Numbered from the stretch's first letter, positions 9,099 through 19,159 are shown. The stretch: DNA of 64,000 nt from Candidatus Latescibacterota bacterium (GCA_965204725.1 OZ242005.1:3488001-3552000), one strand, 5' to 3'. Made by a program: numbers and translations. The notes: a model not told the origin generated them from the letters alone.

Positions 9099-10448
9099 CT
9101 AAAAGTTGTAGCCCACGCCGACGACGAGGCGATTGATCGCGTAGTCCTCAGTGAGGACGTTGCCGGAGTATTCTTCCACTTGCTTAAACGCGCCCCGCAC
9201 CCAAGCCAGATCGACTTGGACAGCTTCGTCGAGCAATATCCCGGCCCCGAGGGTGATAAAGCGCCGGTCCTTCTCAATGCGGATGGGCGGATCGTCGGTG
9301 CTGGGATCGCGCGGGCCGACAAAGGGAACCGGGTCCACGAAGTAGCCAGCCCGCAGATCGAGCGCGACGACCGGCACTTGGTACTCGACGCCTAAATGGT
9401 AGCGCAAGACGTCTCGGTACTGGGTCTCAAACGAGGTATCAGCGCGCAAGTCATGGTCATCGTCCCCCTTGTACTCGCTCTGCGACCACTCGGCCAAATG
9501 CAGGCTACCGGCCAGCGTCAGGCCCGGCAGGGCCGCAGCCGAAACGCCCACGCCGAACTCAAAAGGCAGCGCGAGTTGGTACGTGTTGCTGACCTCTTGG
9601 TCCGAGAATTGTCCTACGGTCCCATCGTCGCACTCAATGGAGTCATAGTCCTCTTCGAGTACGGCGTCTAGGTTACAAGGATTTTTTTCATTGTATGATG
9701 CAGGGCCCTTAAACTTGTAGCGAATTTTGTGCGCCCTCCCAGCGGCAAACGTCGCGCCCAACCTGTAGCGGGGGTCGTCCCGAGGGGTGCGCAGCATCGC
9801 GCCCAAGACAGTATATGGAGTCCACTGGTATTCGTCCGTAAAAGTATCGCGGGCGAGAAAGCGCGTCTCGAGGAATTCGTCTGGCGAATCGTCGGCCCAG
9901 TCGTATCCATTGACCGCCTCGTCTTCGCCGCTGACCAAACCCAAGGTCACTCCCAGCGAAACAGCCGGCGACACGTCGAGGGCGGCGGACACCCCGGCCA
10001 AAGCCAACTCGCCCTCGTGTTGGAAGGCGTGGTCCGCAGTAAGCCCGTTGTCATTGCCTTTTTGATTGAGACTCCAGTCAAAGTCCTTGATGCGAGTCAG
10101 GCCAGCCGCCAAGACCAAACTGCCGCGATAGACCGGATAGGGATAGACAAAACCCAGCGAGCCAAAGCGCGTATTGGTCAGCTCGCTCCTCCCCGCAGTG
10201 CCGTTAAAAACCGAGTCGTTGGCGCGGCTATTGCGCAGAAAAGACACCTGCACCTCGCACCGCTGCATCTGGGCCAAGCCCGCCGGGTTCCAGTACATAG
10301 CCGTGAAATCGTCGGCCACCCCAACAAAAGCACCGCCCATGCCCATGGCTCGCACCCCGACCCCGGCGAAATTGTCAATGGCCCGCTCCTCTTGGGCCAC
10401 CGCGCCGCCGCCCCAAACGCACAGCAAAGCAACAGCCAGTATCTTCAT
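9099..10448 (-). CDS. FadL/OmpP1/PorV-family outer-membrane barrel
   Basis: Start MKILAVALL with signal peptide; G.RAMGMGGAF..VADD.TAMYWNPAGL signature; terminal GVGYNF. Confidence 0.85.
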   Translation of the reverse strand: MKILAVALLCVWGGGAVAQEERAIDNFAGVGVRAMGMGGAFVGVADDFTAMYWNPAGLAQMQRCEVQVSFLRNSRANDSVFNGTAGRSELTNTRFGSLGFVYPYPVYRGSLVLAAGLTRIKDFDWSLNQKGNDNGLTADHAFQHEGELALAGVSAALDVSPAVSLGVTLGLVSGEDEAVNGYDWADDSPDEFLETRFLARDTFTDEYQWTPYTVLGAMLRTPRDDPRYRLGATFAAGRAHKIRYKFKGPASYNEKNPCNLDAVLEEDYDSIECDDGTVGQFSDQEVSNTYQLALPFEFGVGVSAAALPGLTLAGSLHLAEWSQSEYKGDDDHDLRADTSFETQYRDVLRYHLGVEYQVPVVALDLRAGYFVDPVPFVGPRDPSTDDPPIRIEKDRRFITLGAGILLDEAVQVDLAWVRGAFKQVEEYSGNVLTEDYAINRLVVGVGYNF

Positions 10449-11173
10449 CGAAATTTCCCCCTGTACGTGACCGACAACTCCCGGATGGATTGGGCGTCGA
10501 AGTGGTCGCTTTCCAGCGCATTTTTGAAATAGTACGCGACTCTGAACTGCGGCGTTACGGTCCAAGCCCCCCCGACGTTCAAATAGCCGTCTTCCACGCC
10601 CTGATTCGGTAAGCCGTTGTTGCGGCCCAAGTCGTACTCGGCGAACAGAGCCATAAACCTCAAGCTCTTGTCGATACCCAACCACGCCGACCAGTCGCCA
10701 TCGTCGGTATCTTCACGCGACCAATTGAAGCCCGCGTGGACGCCGAGTTCTCCTAGCATTGAGGTGTAATTCTTGCTCAGTACCAAGTAGATTCCCTTGG
10801 ATTTGACTTGATAGCGCGCGCCTCGATACGGCCCGATGCCTTGGGTATTGAGGCCCAAGACCAGCGCGGGCCACGTGTAGCCCTCTTCGAGGAGCCGACA
10901 GCGGGCAGCCAATCCCACGCGCGGGTACCAATCGACCGAACTCGCGCCAATAAGCCGCTCGCCGCCAAAAGACACGCCCGCGCTCAGGCGCTTGAGCACC
11001 CCGACCTGCAAGCGCCCGACAGCCCCGCCGTTGGCAAATAGGCGAGCATCCATCGCATAATGCCCCTTGGCAACCAACCCAGCCGTTGGGCTATCGATCA
11101 AGCTCGTCAACTCAACCCCGGCGGCCGCGGCCGGACCCGCGACCATGCAAAGGCTGACTATTAGCCGCTGCAA
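10445..11173 (-). CDS. Small outer-membrane beta-barrel protein (YjbH-like)
   Basis: GGGAG+TTG start, signal peptide, LIDSPTAG motif, amphipathic strands; overlaps next start. Confidence 0.65.
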   Translation of the reverse strand: MQRLIVSLCMVAGPAAAAGVELTSLIDSPTAGLVAKGHYAMDARLFANGGAVGRLQVGVLKRLSAGVSFGGERLIGASSVDWYPRVGLAARCRLLEEGYTWPALVLGLNTQGIGPYRGARYQVKSKGIYLVLSKNYTSMLGELGVHAGFNWSREDTDDGDWSAWLGIDKSLRFMALFAEYDLGRNNGLPNQGVEDGYLNVGGAWTVTPQFRVAYYFKNALESDHFDAQSIRELSVTYRGKFR

Positions 11174-11196
11174 ACTCCCCTCCCTTTGGCCAATTC

Positions 11197-11664
11197 TCAG
11201 AACGCTATCTCGCCCACCCCGTCCCCTTGCAAGGTAATCCGCCGCTCGCAAGCCTCCCCGCCGTACGCTAGCCATACATGGCAGCACCTATCGGGCAACG
11301 AGCCATGGGCGCGCTCGGCCCACTCAACCAGACAGACGCCACGGCCGTAAAAATACTCTTCGGCACCCAATTCCTCAAGCTGGTCAACGCCCCCCAGCCG
11401 ATAGAGATCAAAGTGATAGACGGGCAGGTCGCGCCCCCGGCATTGGCCGACGTATTCGTTGATCAGGATAAAGGTTGGACTCGTGACGTAATCGGCCACG
11501 TGCAGGGCCTCGCACACGCCTTGGATCATGCAGGTCTTACCGCTGCCCAAGTCGCCGCGCCAGGCGACCACATCGCCCGGGACCAAGTGTCGACCCAACG
11601 CAACACCTAGCGCGTGGGTCTGCGCCGCCGAATGCGTGGTGAAAACCTTTTTCACTTTCCCCAC
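11197..11664 (-). CDS. tsaE: tRNA t6A biosynthesis ATPase TsaE
   Basis: GDLGSGKT, VTSPTF.LINEY, HFDLYRL, VEWAE. Confidence 0.95.
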   Translation of the reverse strand: MGKVKKVFTTHSAAQTHALGVALGRHLVPGDVVAWRGDLGSGKTCMIQGVCEALHVADYVTSPTFILINEYVGQCRGRDLPVYHFDLYRLGGVDQLEELGAEEYFYGRGVCLVEWAERAHGSLPDRCCHVWLAYGGEACERRITLQGDGVGEIAF

Positions 11665-13220
11665 TTGGGTTCCATAATCGCCACGGGCAAAATCATTTCC
11701 TCCAGCGATAGGCCGCCGTGCTGGAAGCTGCCTTTGTAACGGCGTTGGTACTTGTTGAACTGGGTCGGATAGACAAAGTAGAAGTCCTCGCGGGCAATGA
11801 CGAAGCTATGACCGAGGCCGGTCGAAGGCAGCCCGTAGGCCTCTGGGTCGGCGATCAGCAGCGCGTCCTTTTCCTCGCAGCGGAGATTCTGGCCGTACTT
11901 GTAGCGCAGGCTCGAAGACGTGCTGCGGTCTCCATGGACCACAGAAGCGCGCATCCCGCGCATTGAGCCGTGGTCGGTCGTCAGCACCACCACCGCGTCG
12001 GTGCGGGCAATGCCCTTGAGGGTCTCAAAAAGCGACGCATTGCCAAACCACGTCTGCACCAATGCGCGAAAGGCCGCCTCGTTAGGGGCCATTTCCCTGA
12101 GTAGGTCGGACTGCGCCTGACTGTGAACCAGCATGTCGAGAAAATTGTACACCACCGACACGAGCGGCCACTTGCCCAGCGCTGGTACTTTGCGGGTCAA
12201 TTTCCGAGCTTCGCTGGTGTCGAGCACCTTGACGTAGTGCGAACCCGGTTTGAGCGCGACGCCCATGTCGCCGATCAAGTCGTCAATGAATTGGTGCTCG
12301 TGCCGGTTGAGGCTGTATTCGTTGTCTTGGGCCTCGTGCCACCTAGTGCGGTATTTGTCGGCGATCTCTTTGGGGAAAAGCCCGCTGAAAATTGCGTTAC
12401 GAGCAAAGGGCGTGGCCGTAGGCAAAATCGAGTAGTGATAGGAGCGCTTGATGTTGAAGTACTCGGCCAGTTGCGGCTCCATGACCATCCAGTGATCTAG
12501 GCGCAGGCAATCAACCACGATAAAGAACACCTGCCGGCCCTGTTCGAGATAGGGCACCACAAACTCGGGCACCACATCCACCGACAGCGGCGGCGAATCC
12601 CCCTCGTCCGCTATCCAGCGGGCGTAATGCTGCTCGACAAAGCGGCCGAACTCGCGGTTGCATTCGCGCCGCTGATCCCCAATCATCTGGCCGAGACCCG
12701 CATCGCCCAAGCGCGCCACTTCAATGTCCCACTCGCAGAGCTGCCGGTATATGTCAACCCAAGTCTGCCAAGTCGCACCCGCAATCTGGTCGCGGATCTG
12801 GCCGGCCCGAAAGACGTAGTGCTGCCCGGCTTGGCTCTGGCGAATCTGCCGCACGTCGAGGAGCTGTTTACACGCCATGAAGATCTGGCTGGGGTTGACC
12901 GGCTTCGTCAGGTAGTCGTCGATGCGGCGGCCAATGGCCTCGTCCATCAGGTGCTCTTCTTCGTTCTTAGTAATCATAATCACCGGCACGTTGGGATCGG
13001 CCATCTTGATCTGCTCCAAGGTCGAAAGGCCGTCCAGCCCCGGCATCATCTCGTCGAGCAGCACGATGTCAAAGGGTGCTTGGGCAATCAGGGCGATGGC
13101 GTCCTTGCCGTTGCTCACCGGCGTCACCGCGTACCCCCTCTCATCGAGAAAGCGTCGGTGCGCACGCAATAGGTCAATCTCGTCGTCGGCCCAAAGTATC
13201 TTTCGCTTGTCGCCTTCCAT
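11652..13220 (-). CDS. porX: PorX-like response regulator (receiver + PglZ/alkaline-phosphatase domain)
   Basis: ILWADDEID, LLDEMMPG, MITKNEEE, DYLTKPVNPSQI; DCLR.D.W, LPTAT..ARNAIFSG, TTDHG, FQHGG.SLEEM; adjacent to tsaE. Confidence 0.85.
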   Translation of the reverse strand: MEGDKRKILWADDEIDLLRAHRRFLDERGYAVTPVSNGKDAIALIAQAPFDIVLLDEMMPGLDGLSTLEQIKMADPNVPVIMITKNEEEHLMDEAIGRRIDDYLTKPVNPSQIFMACKQLLDVRQIRQSQAGQHYVFRAGQIRDQIAGATWQTWVDIYRQLCEWDIEVARLGDAGLGQMIGDQRRECNREFGRFVEQHYARWIADEGDSPPLSVDVVPEFVVPYLEQGRQVFFIVVDCLRLDHWMVMEPQLAEYFNIKRSYHYSILPTATPFARNAIFSGLFPKEIADKYRTRWHEAQDNEYSLNRHEHQFIDDLIGDMGVALKPGSHYVKVLDTSEARKLTRKVPALGKWPLVSVVYNFLDMLVHSQAQSDLLREMAPNEAAFRALVQTWFGNASLFETLKGIARTDAVVVLTTDHGSMRGMRASVVHGDRSTSSSLRYKYGQNLRCEEKDALLIADPEAYGLPSTGLGHSFVIAREDFYFVYPTQFNKYQRRYKGSFQHGGLSLEEMILPVAIMEPKWGK

Positions 13221-13271
13221 ACGCCCCCTTTGTCTATCTATAGACGATATAAACGCGCACCCGTTCCACTT

Positions 13272-15059
13272 CTAAGCACCCTTCTCACCCAAGGGCAAAA
13301 CCACCTCAAACCTCGTCCCCTTGCCCGGTGCGCTCTGCACCAAGCTGATCTTGCCCTTGTGGTATTCCTCGACGATGCGCTTGACAAACACCAACCCCAG
13401 CCCCCAACCGCGCTTCTTGGTGCTGAAGCCCGGCTCAAAGACGCGCTCGATGTGCTCCGGCTCAATGCCGCGCCCGTCGTCCTGAAACGCGACCTGCACG
13501 GCGCGGCCTTCGGGCAAAAGCTCTAGGTGGATGCGCAAGCGGCCCGTCTGGCCATCCATGGCGTCAATGGCGTTTTTGCACAGATTCTCAAACGCCCAGC
13601 TCATCAATTCGGCGTTGATCGGCACCAGCGGCAGGTCGCTTGGGCATTCCAGTTCGATTTCCTGCCGCCCGAACTGGGGGACGCGCCGCCGGAAGTACTC
13701 AATCGTCTCCTCCAGCACGGCTGCTACGTCCTTTTTCGCTAGTTCGGGCACCGAGCCAATCTGGCTGAAGCGCGAGGCAATTTGGTCGAGGCGACGCATG
13801 TCCTGCTGAATCTCCCCGACCATCTGATCAACGCGCTCCCAACGCTCGTCGCGGTCCGGCCTCGGGACGGTAGCGACCTCGCCGCGCAGCAGTTCTAGCC
13901 ACCCGGACAGCGAGGAGAGCGGGGTCCCGAGCTGGTGGGCCGTCTCCTTGGCCATGCCCACCCAAAGCGAGCGCTGTTGGCTGCGCCTAATGTTGCGGTA
14001 GCCGATATAGCCGACGAGCAAAAAGAGCAACAACACGCCGGTCTGCACGAAAGGGGCCAGGGAAATGCGGCCGACTAAGCTCGTATCGCCGTAGTGGATA
14101 TAGTGCTCGGCCGGGATCCTGAACGCTAGCGGGGCGCGTTGGCTGGCCAAGCTATCGACAAAGGCCCGGAGCTGATTTTGGAATGCTTCGCTGGGGTCGT
14201 CGCTAGCCAGCGGCAGCCCAGCCCCGACCCAAGCCCTAAACTGGCCCTCGGCGTCTGTGATGACCGCGTTGGTCCCGTCCGAATGCAGGTAACTGAAGCT
14301 AGCGGCCGGTACGCTAAAGGCCAGCGCTGCCCCGGCCTCCATCGCCTGCAACGCTCGTTGCACCTCAACGCGGGCCGCGGCCGAAGTGTCGCTGCTCGCT
14401 GGCAGGCCCGTCCCCTGCCAAACCGCGATGGCCCCTTGCGTATCCGCGACGATAACGCGGCCTTCCTTGCGGTAGAGCCGCCCCAAGGTCTCCGGCGACC
14501 AATAAAAGGGAATGGGCGGATTCTGGACGTCCATTTCTTCGACCAGCTTGTGCAACTGAGCGGTTGAAGCGGCGTCCGCATCCGCCGCCTCGCTACGCCA
14601 AAACGCCCAGTCGTCCAAGAAACTCGACGTATCAATGCCCTCGGCCTGAATGATCTCGCCGCGGTGATTGGTGATGATGCGCGGGAAATTGACCTTGGTG
14701 ATCACCTCGGTGAAGAGGGTGGGAAGCTGGCCTTCCGATGCCTGAGGAGTGAACGAGATCAGGTGTGCATAGAGATCGACCCGGTTCTTTTCGTGTTCGC
14801 GCAATTCGGCGATGATCAATTCGTTGTAGAGTAGGAAGGCCAAAATCGCGGCAACGCTGCCGAGAAAGATGTACGCGCGGAAAACCGGCGACGCGCCCAA
14901 GCTGGCTAGGGCACCGCGCCGCCAGTGCCGCCAGCCACTTAGAGGCGACGCGCCTTTTGCCGCTCGGTGCCGAGTACTCGGCGGGACCGCGATCTCCTCT
15001 AGGGGAGCCGAGCGGCGGTGGCGGCGGCGCTTGGACGCAGGGTAGTCGCGTTGGCTCAT
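13272..15059 (-). CDS. Membrane sensor histidine kinase
   Basis: Two TM helices, H-box WVGMAKETAHQLGTP, N-box ENLCKNAIDA, D.G.GI, GWGLGL; start uncertain. Confidence 0.9.
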   Translation of the reverse strand: MSQRDYPASKRRRHRRSAPLEEIAVPPSTRHRAAKGASPLSGWRHWRRGALASLGASPVFRAYIFLGSVAAILAFLLYNELIIAELREHEKNRVDLYAHLISFTPQASEGQLPTLFTEVITKVNFPRIITNHRGEIIQAEGIDTSSFLDDWAFWRSEAADADAASTAQLHKLVEEMDVQNPPIPFYWSPETLGRLYRKEGRVIVADTQGAIAVWQGTGLPASSDTSAAARVEVQRALQAMEAGAALAFSVPAASFSYLHSDGTNAVITDAEGQFRAWVGAGLPLASDDPSEAFQNQLRAFVDSLASQRAPLAFRIPAEHYIHYGDTSLVGRISLAPFVQTGVLLLFLLVGYIGYRNIRRSQQRSLWVGMAKETAHQLGTPLSSLSGWLELLRGEVATVPRPDRDERWERVDQMVGEIQQDMRRLDQIASRFSQIGSVPELAKKDVAAVLEETIEYFRRRVPQFGRQEIELECPSDLPLVPINAELMSWAFENLCKNAIDAMDGQTGRLRIHLELLPEGRAVQVAFQDDGRGIEPEHIERVFEPGFSTKKRGWGLGLVFVKRIVEEYHKGKISLVQSAPGKGTRFEVVLPLGEKGA

Positions 15060-15130
15060 GGACAATGAGAAAAAATCCATCGGCCATGCGCGGCGCCGAT
15101 GGATTTTCACGCAAACGAGGGGGGAAAACG

Positions 15131-15595
15131 CTATTTCTTTTGGACTTGGGGGCCAGATCGCGGCGGGTGGGGCTGGGGCTTGGCCGCTTCGCCCTCTTGG
15201 GCTCCGGGTGCCGGCACCTCGCTCTTCTTCCGCTTCTTGTTTTCCATCGAACAAGAGCCGTGGAAAATCGCGCCCTCGGAAATCGTGAACGAGTCGGTGA
15301 ACACCTCGCCGGTAAAGTGCGTCTGCGTATCCAACCGCACCTTAGCGGCCCGCACGGTACCATTCACGACGCCGTCGATGTACGCGTTTTTGCACTGTAA
15401 GGTGGCGTCGGCCTCGCCCGACTGGCTGACTGTCAGCTCGCCGGTGCAGATCAGTTCGCCCTTGAATACGCCGTCTATTCGGACGCTGTTTTCCACCGTC
15501 AGCTTGCCTTCAAAGCAGCTACCGCGGCCGATAATCGTATTGAGCGCTTGGCCGTTGCTGGCAGTGGAAGCACCCTTCTTTTTTTTGTTTAGCAT
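15131..15595 (-). CDS. Bactofilin (polymer-forming cytoskeletal protein)
   Basis: TIIG.G..FEG.L, RIDG.FKG, I.GVVNG.V, I.EGAIF.G.C.M beta-helix pattern. Confidence 0.9.
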   Translation of the reverse strand: MLNKKKKGASTASNGQALNTIIGRGSCFEGKLTVENSVRIDGVFKGELICTGELTVSQSGEADATLQCKNAYIDGVVNGTVRAAKVRLDTQTHFTGEVFTDSFTISEGAIFHGSCSMENKKRKKSEVPAPGAQEGEAAKPQPHPPRSGPQVQKK

Positions 15596-15672
15596 TTCTA
15601 TCCTAACTTGGTTGCGCGTTTTCGCAGCTTGTGGAATATACAATACAACCGAGCATCGGGCGAACCACCGAG

Positions 15673-16848
15673 TCAATGGGTCGCGTGCTTTTTGCGGACC
15701 GCGCTCAGGGCCTTGCGGATTTCCTCCTGCTCCTGTAGCTGCTCGCTGACCACTATGGCGGCCTCGCTCGTCAGGCTCTCTACCGAGGTCGTGGTAATCA
15801 CTGGAATGCCGTGGGCGGCGCTCGTTTCAACGAGATAGTCCTGAATTTTGAGAATATCCTCCAAGTGCTCCATATAGCGGTGGGCCGAGCGCGACGGCGC
15901 CTCGCTGGCGCGCTGGGCAAAGCGGTTCTCAAGGGCCTCGCGCCCAGGAAGTTCCAAACAGACCGGCGTGATAAAGGCATGGCCGGCGTATCCCTCTAAG
16001 CCCAGCATATCGCTGATTAAGTGTACGCCGTCGATGATGACGCTGGTGTTTTCCTCAATGCAGCGGCTGATGATGGCCTTGACCCCAATGCAGACGCTGC
16101 GCGCCTGCTCCAGAAACCCGGCGACCACCGAGTCGAGATGGCCGACCGCCGGAGCAACCTTCCAAGCGGTGTACGAGGAGGTATGCAGGGCCGGCATCAG
16201 CTCCTGTGCCAGCGTCAAGCGCATGACTTGGCGCAAATCGTCGGTCGCTACCACCCGGGGGATATTGAGCAAATTGGCCAGTGAAATCGCCAACGTGGTC
16301 TTGCCCACCCCACTGGCCCCCCCGATGAGGATGATCAGGGGTTTATCTACATCGCCCCAAGCATGCCACAAGCAGTAGCGTTCGGCAAAGGACTCGTCAA
16401 AGGACTTTTCGATCAGTTCGGCCGCCAGTGCCGCCAACTCCGAGGGCGCGATGTGCTCGCGACGCTGGTCTATCAAGCGGGCTTCAATCGTCTGCGCAAT
16501 CTCGTAGCTCTGGTCTGGGGACAATCCAGACGCCTGAATGGAATTCGACAGCAACTCCTTGGAGAAAGGCCGCGACCCGCTCTTGCCCTCGACGATGATG
16601 GTGGTGGGCTGGCGCTCCCAAAAAATTAGGTCGCCAGCCTCGTATGGGCCGAACCCCTTGCGAATGGCCTTACCTACGAGTTGGACCATGTCCTTTTTGC
16701 GCACGAGCTCTGCCTTCCCCAAAGACACGCGCACCGCATTGGCCACAGCGCGGGCGTCTTCGTAGCTGAAGCCGCGCTCAATTAGGTAGTGTACCAGCAT
16801 CCCCCGCATAAATGGGATGCGCTTTTTGCCATCGACTATGGTTGCCAC
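15673..16848 (-). CDS. 2-phosphoglycerate kinase-like P-loop protein with tandem ATP-cone domains
   Basis: PFMRG.L and PFSK..L..SI.ASG cone segments; ILIGGASGVGKTT, TDDLRQVMR, P.LH.SSY, DGVHL. Confidence 0.75.
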   Translation of the reverse strand: MATIVDGKKRIPFMRGMLVHYLIERGFSYEDARAVANAVRVSLGKAELVRKKDMVQLVGKAIRKGFGPYEAGDLIFWERQPTTIIVEGKSGSRPFSKELLSNSIQASGLSPDQSYEIAQTIEARLIDQRREHIAPSELAALAAELIEKSFDESFAERYCLWHAWGDVDKPLIILIGGASGVGKTTLAISLANLLNIPRVVATDDLRQVMRLTLAQELMPALHTSSYTAWKVAPAVGHLDSVVAGFLEQARSVCIGVKAIISRCIEENTSVIIDGVHLISDMLGLEGYAGHAFITPVCLELPGREALENRFAQRASEAPSRSAHRYMEHLEDILKIQDYLVETSAAHGIPVITTTSVESLTSEAAIVVSEQLQEQEEIRKALSAVRKKHATH

Positions 16849-16861
16849 AATAGCGATCCCT

Positions 16862-17818
16862 TTATGGCCACGCGGCGTTGGCGTCTTCCCACGCGGCAAT
16901 CGTCCGTTCCAAGCCCTCGGCAAACCCCACCCTCGGCTCGTAGCCCAACTCGGCCTGGGCCCGCGATATATCGGCTGACGAGAAGCGGATATCGCCCGCT
17001 CGCGGCGCGGCGAACATCGGCGTCAACTCGGTCCCCAAAATTTGGTTGAGTGCGGCGATCAATTCGAGCAGCGACGCGCTGCGGCCGCAGCCGATATTGT
17101 ATATCCGCCCGGCGACTCCCGGAGTCGTACTGGCCCTCATATTGGCCTCGACCACATCCCCGACATAGACGTAATCGCGCGATTGGTGACCATCGCCAAA
17201 AATGGTTGGCGCCTCGCCGGCTCGCATCCGAGCGACAAAAATCGAGATGACGCCCGAGTACGGAGAAGACGGCACCTGCCGCGGACCAAAGACATTGAAA
17301 TAGCGCAGGCCGACCACCTCCAGACCGTACGTCTGGCTGTACACTCGAGCGTAGTGTTCGCCCATGGCTTTGGAGACCGCGTAGGGAGCCGCGGGTTCGG
17401 GCGGCATGTCCTCGCGCTTGGGCATTTGCGAGTTGTTGCCATACACGGCCGCCGAACTAGCAAAAACCACGCGGCGGACCCCAACTTGCCGCGCCGCTTC
17501 CAAAAGCCGCAGCGTCCCCACGGCGTTGACCTCCTGATCGACGAGGGGCTGCTCAACCGAAGCGGGCACTGAGCCGATGGCTGCTTGGTGCAGGATGCAA
17601 TCGACCTGCTGCACCACCTCGGCTAGCAAGGCCGCGTCGCAAATATCGCCCTCTACGAACTCTATCTCGTCGCGGATCTCGGCCAAGTTTTCGCGCCGGC
17701 CCGTGCTCAAATTGTCCAGAACTCGCACTGCGTTCCCTGCTGCACACAAACGCTGACAGAGGTGAGAACCAATAAAGCCCGCCCCACCCGTGACCAAATA
17801 CCGATCCATATTTCCCAT
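16862..17818 (-). CDS. NAD-dependent nucleotide-sugar epimerase (GalE/WbpP-like SDR)
   Basis: TGGAGFIGSH, HQAA, YAVSK (YxxxK), RYFNVFGPRQ, RDY.YV.DV. Confidence 0.92.
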   Translation of the reverse strand: MGNMDRYLVTGGAGFIGSHLCQRLCAAGNAVRVLDNLSTGRRENLAEIRDEIEFVEGDICDAALLAEVVQQVDCILHQAAIGSVPASVEQPLVDQEVNAVGTLRLLEAARQVGVRRVVFASSAAVYGNNSQMPKREDMPPEPAAPYAVSKAMGEHYARVYSQTYGLEVVGLRYFNVFGPRQVPSSPYSGVISIFVARMRAGEAPTIFGDGHQSRDYVYVGDVVEANMRASTTPGVAGRIYNIGCGRSASLLELIAALNQILGTELTPMFAAPRAGDIRFSSADISRAQAELGYEPRVGFAEGLERTIAAWEDANAAWP

Positions 17819-18061
17819 TTCCTCGTCTCGCCTCGTATCGCATCAAAGGTTGGCTGCGTAATATAAAAACGGCAGGGCGTCCGCGCACAACGCTTTGAGC
17901 GGCGCAATCGGCTTGTTGATTTGCGCCCACGCTTGTATATTTGTAAAACTCACACGAGGCGGTGTGGGAGGCCATGGCAAACGCTGTGGCCTTTTTTTTA
18001 TACTACAACAATATGGAAGCCAACGACCAGCTCGGGAGGCTCGGAGAAAGTGGGGGGCCTT

Positions 18062-19036
18062 GTGATTATCGCCGGTGATGTCGGTGGCACCAAAACGTAC
18101 CTCGCCGCCTTCGACCCCGCCGCCCAAGGCTTTGACCCCCTCGTCGAGCGGCGCTACCAAACGGTGGCCTATCCCAGCGCCGGTGCGCTGCTCAAAGCCT
18201 TTACCGCCGAGACGCAAATCGTTCCCAGCCGCACGGTCTTGGGCGTCCCCGGCCCCGTCCACCAGCTTCCCGTCCGCGCCGTCAACCTGCCTTGGCTCAT
18301 CGATCCCAGCGAAATTTCGGCCGTGCTCCACGGGACGGACGTTCATCTGCTCAACGACCTGCAAGCGACTTCCTACGGCACCTTGGTCTTGGGGCCGGAC
18401 GACCTGTGTCCGCTCAACCGAGGTCAGTGCGACCCCAAGGGCAACATCGCCGTCATTGCCGCCGGCACCGGGCTGGGCGAGGGGGGCTTGTGCTGGGCCG
18501 AGGGCCGCTACGCAGCAATCGCCTCCGAGGGCGGCCACTCGACCTTCGGGCCAAATTCCGCGCTCGAAGTCGCGCTCTGGCGTTTTCTCAACGAGCACTA
18601 CGGCCACGTTAGCTGGGAACGGGTTCTCTCGGGCCAAGGCTTGGCCGCGATCTACGACTTTCTGTGCGCCCGGCAGCCCGACCGCGCCGACGCCTCTTTG
18701 GCCCCAGAGGCCGCACAGCCCGACCGCGCCGACGCCATCGCTCACGCCGGCCTCAAAGGCCATTCTGCGCTGGCCGCAACGGCCCTCGATCTCTTCGCGC
18801 TCCTCTATGGTCGCGAAGCGGGGAACTTGGCACTAAAGCTGATGTCTTCGGGGGGGGTTTTCGTCGGCGGTGGCATCGCGCCCAAAATTCTCGCCAAGCT
18901 GCGCGACGGCCGCTTTATGGAGGGCTTTATGGACAAAGGGCGCATGGGCGCACCCCTCGCGTCCATGCCCGTCCACGTCGTACTCAACGACAAGACCGCG
19001 CTGCTGGGCGCCGCCTATTGGGGAACGCAGTTTTAG
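18062..19036 (+). CDS. glk: Glucokinase
   Basis: AGDVGGTKT, NL.W, LLND, AGTGLGE, SEGGH, ERVLSG.GL, GGGIAPKI. Confidence 0.92.
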   Translation: MIIAGDVGGTKTYLAAFDPAAQGFDPLVERRYQTVAYPSAGALLKAFTAETQIVPSRTVLGVPGPVHQLPVRAVNLPWLIDPSEISAVLHGTDVHLLNDLQATSYGTLVLGPDDLCPLNRGQCDPKGNIAVIAAGTGLGEGGLCWAEGRYAAIASEGGHSTFGPNSALEVALWRFLNEHYGHVSWERVLSGQGLAAIYDFLCARQPDRADASLAPEAAQPDRADAIAHAGLKGHSALAATALDLFALLYGREAGNLALKLMSSGGVFVGGGIAPKILAKLRDGRFMEGFMDKGRMGAPLASMPVHVVLNDKTALLGAAYWGTQF

Positions 19037-19132
19037 AAATCCAATAGTGAAATTTACGTGTATGATATGGCAGTCCTAAATGACTCGAAAGCATGGAATG
19101 TTGATCTGCCCGGTTTTTTTTGCCTATCAGGC

Positions 19133-19159
19133 GTCATTCCCGCGAAAGCGGGAATCCAG
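19133..19159. repeat. REP-like palindrome GTCATTCCCGCGAAAGCGGGAATCCAG
   Basis: ATTCCCGC-GAAA-GCGGGAAT hairpin; matches a widespread intergenic palindromic repeat class. Confidence 0.75.
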
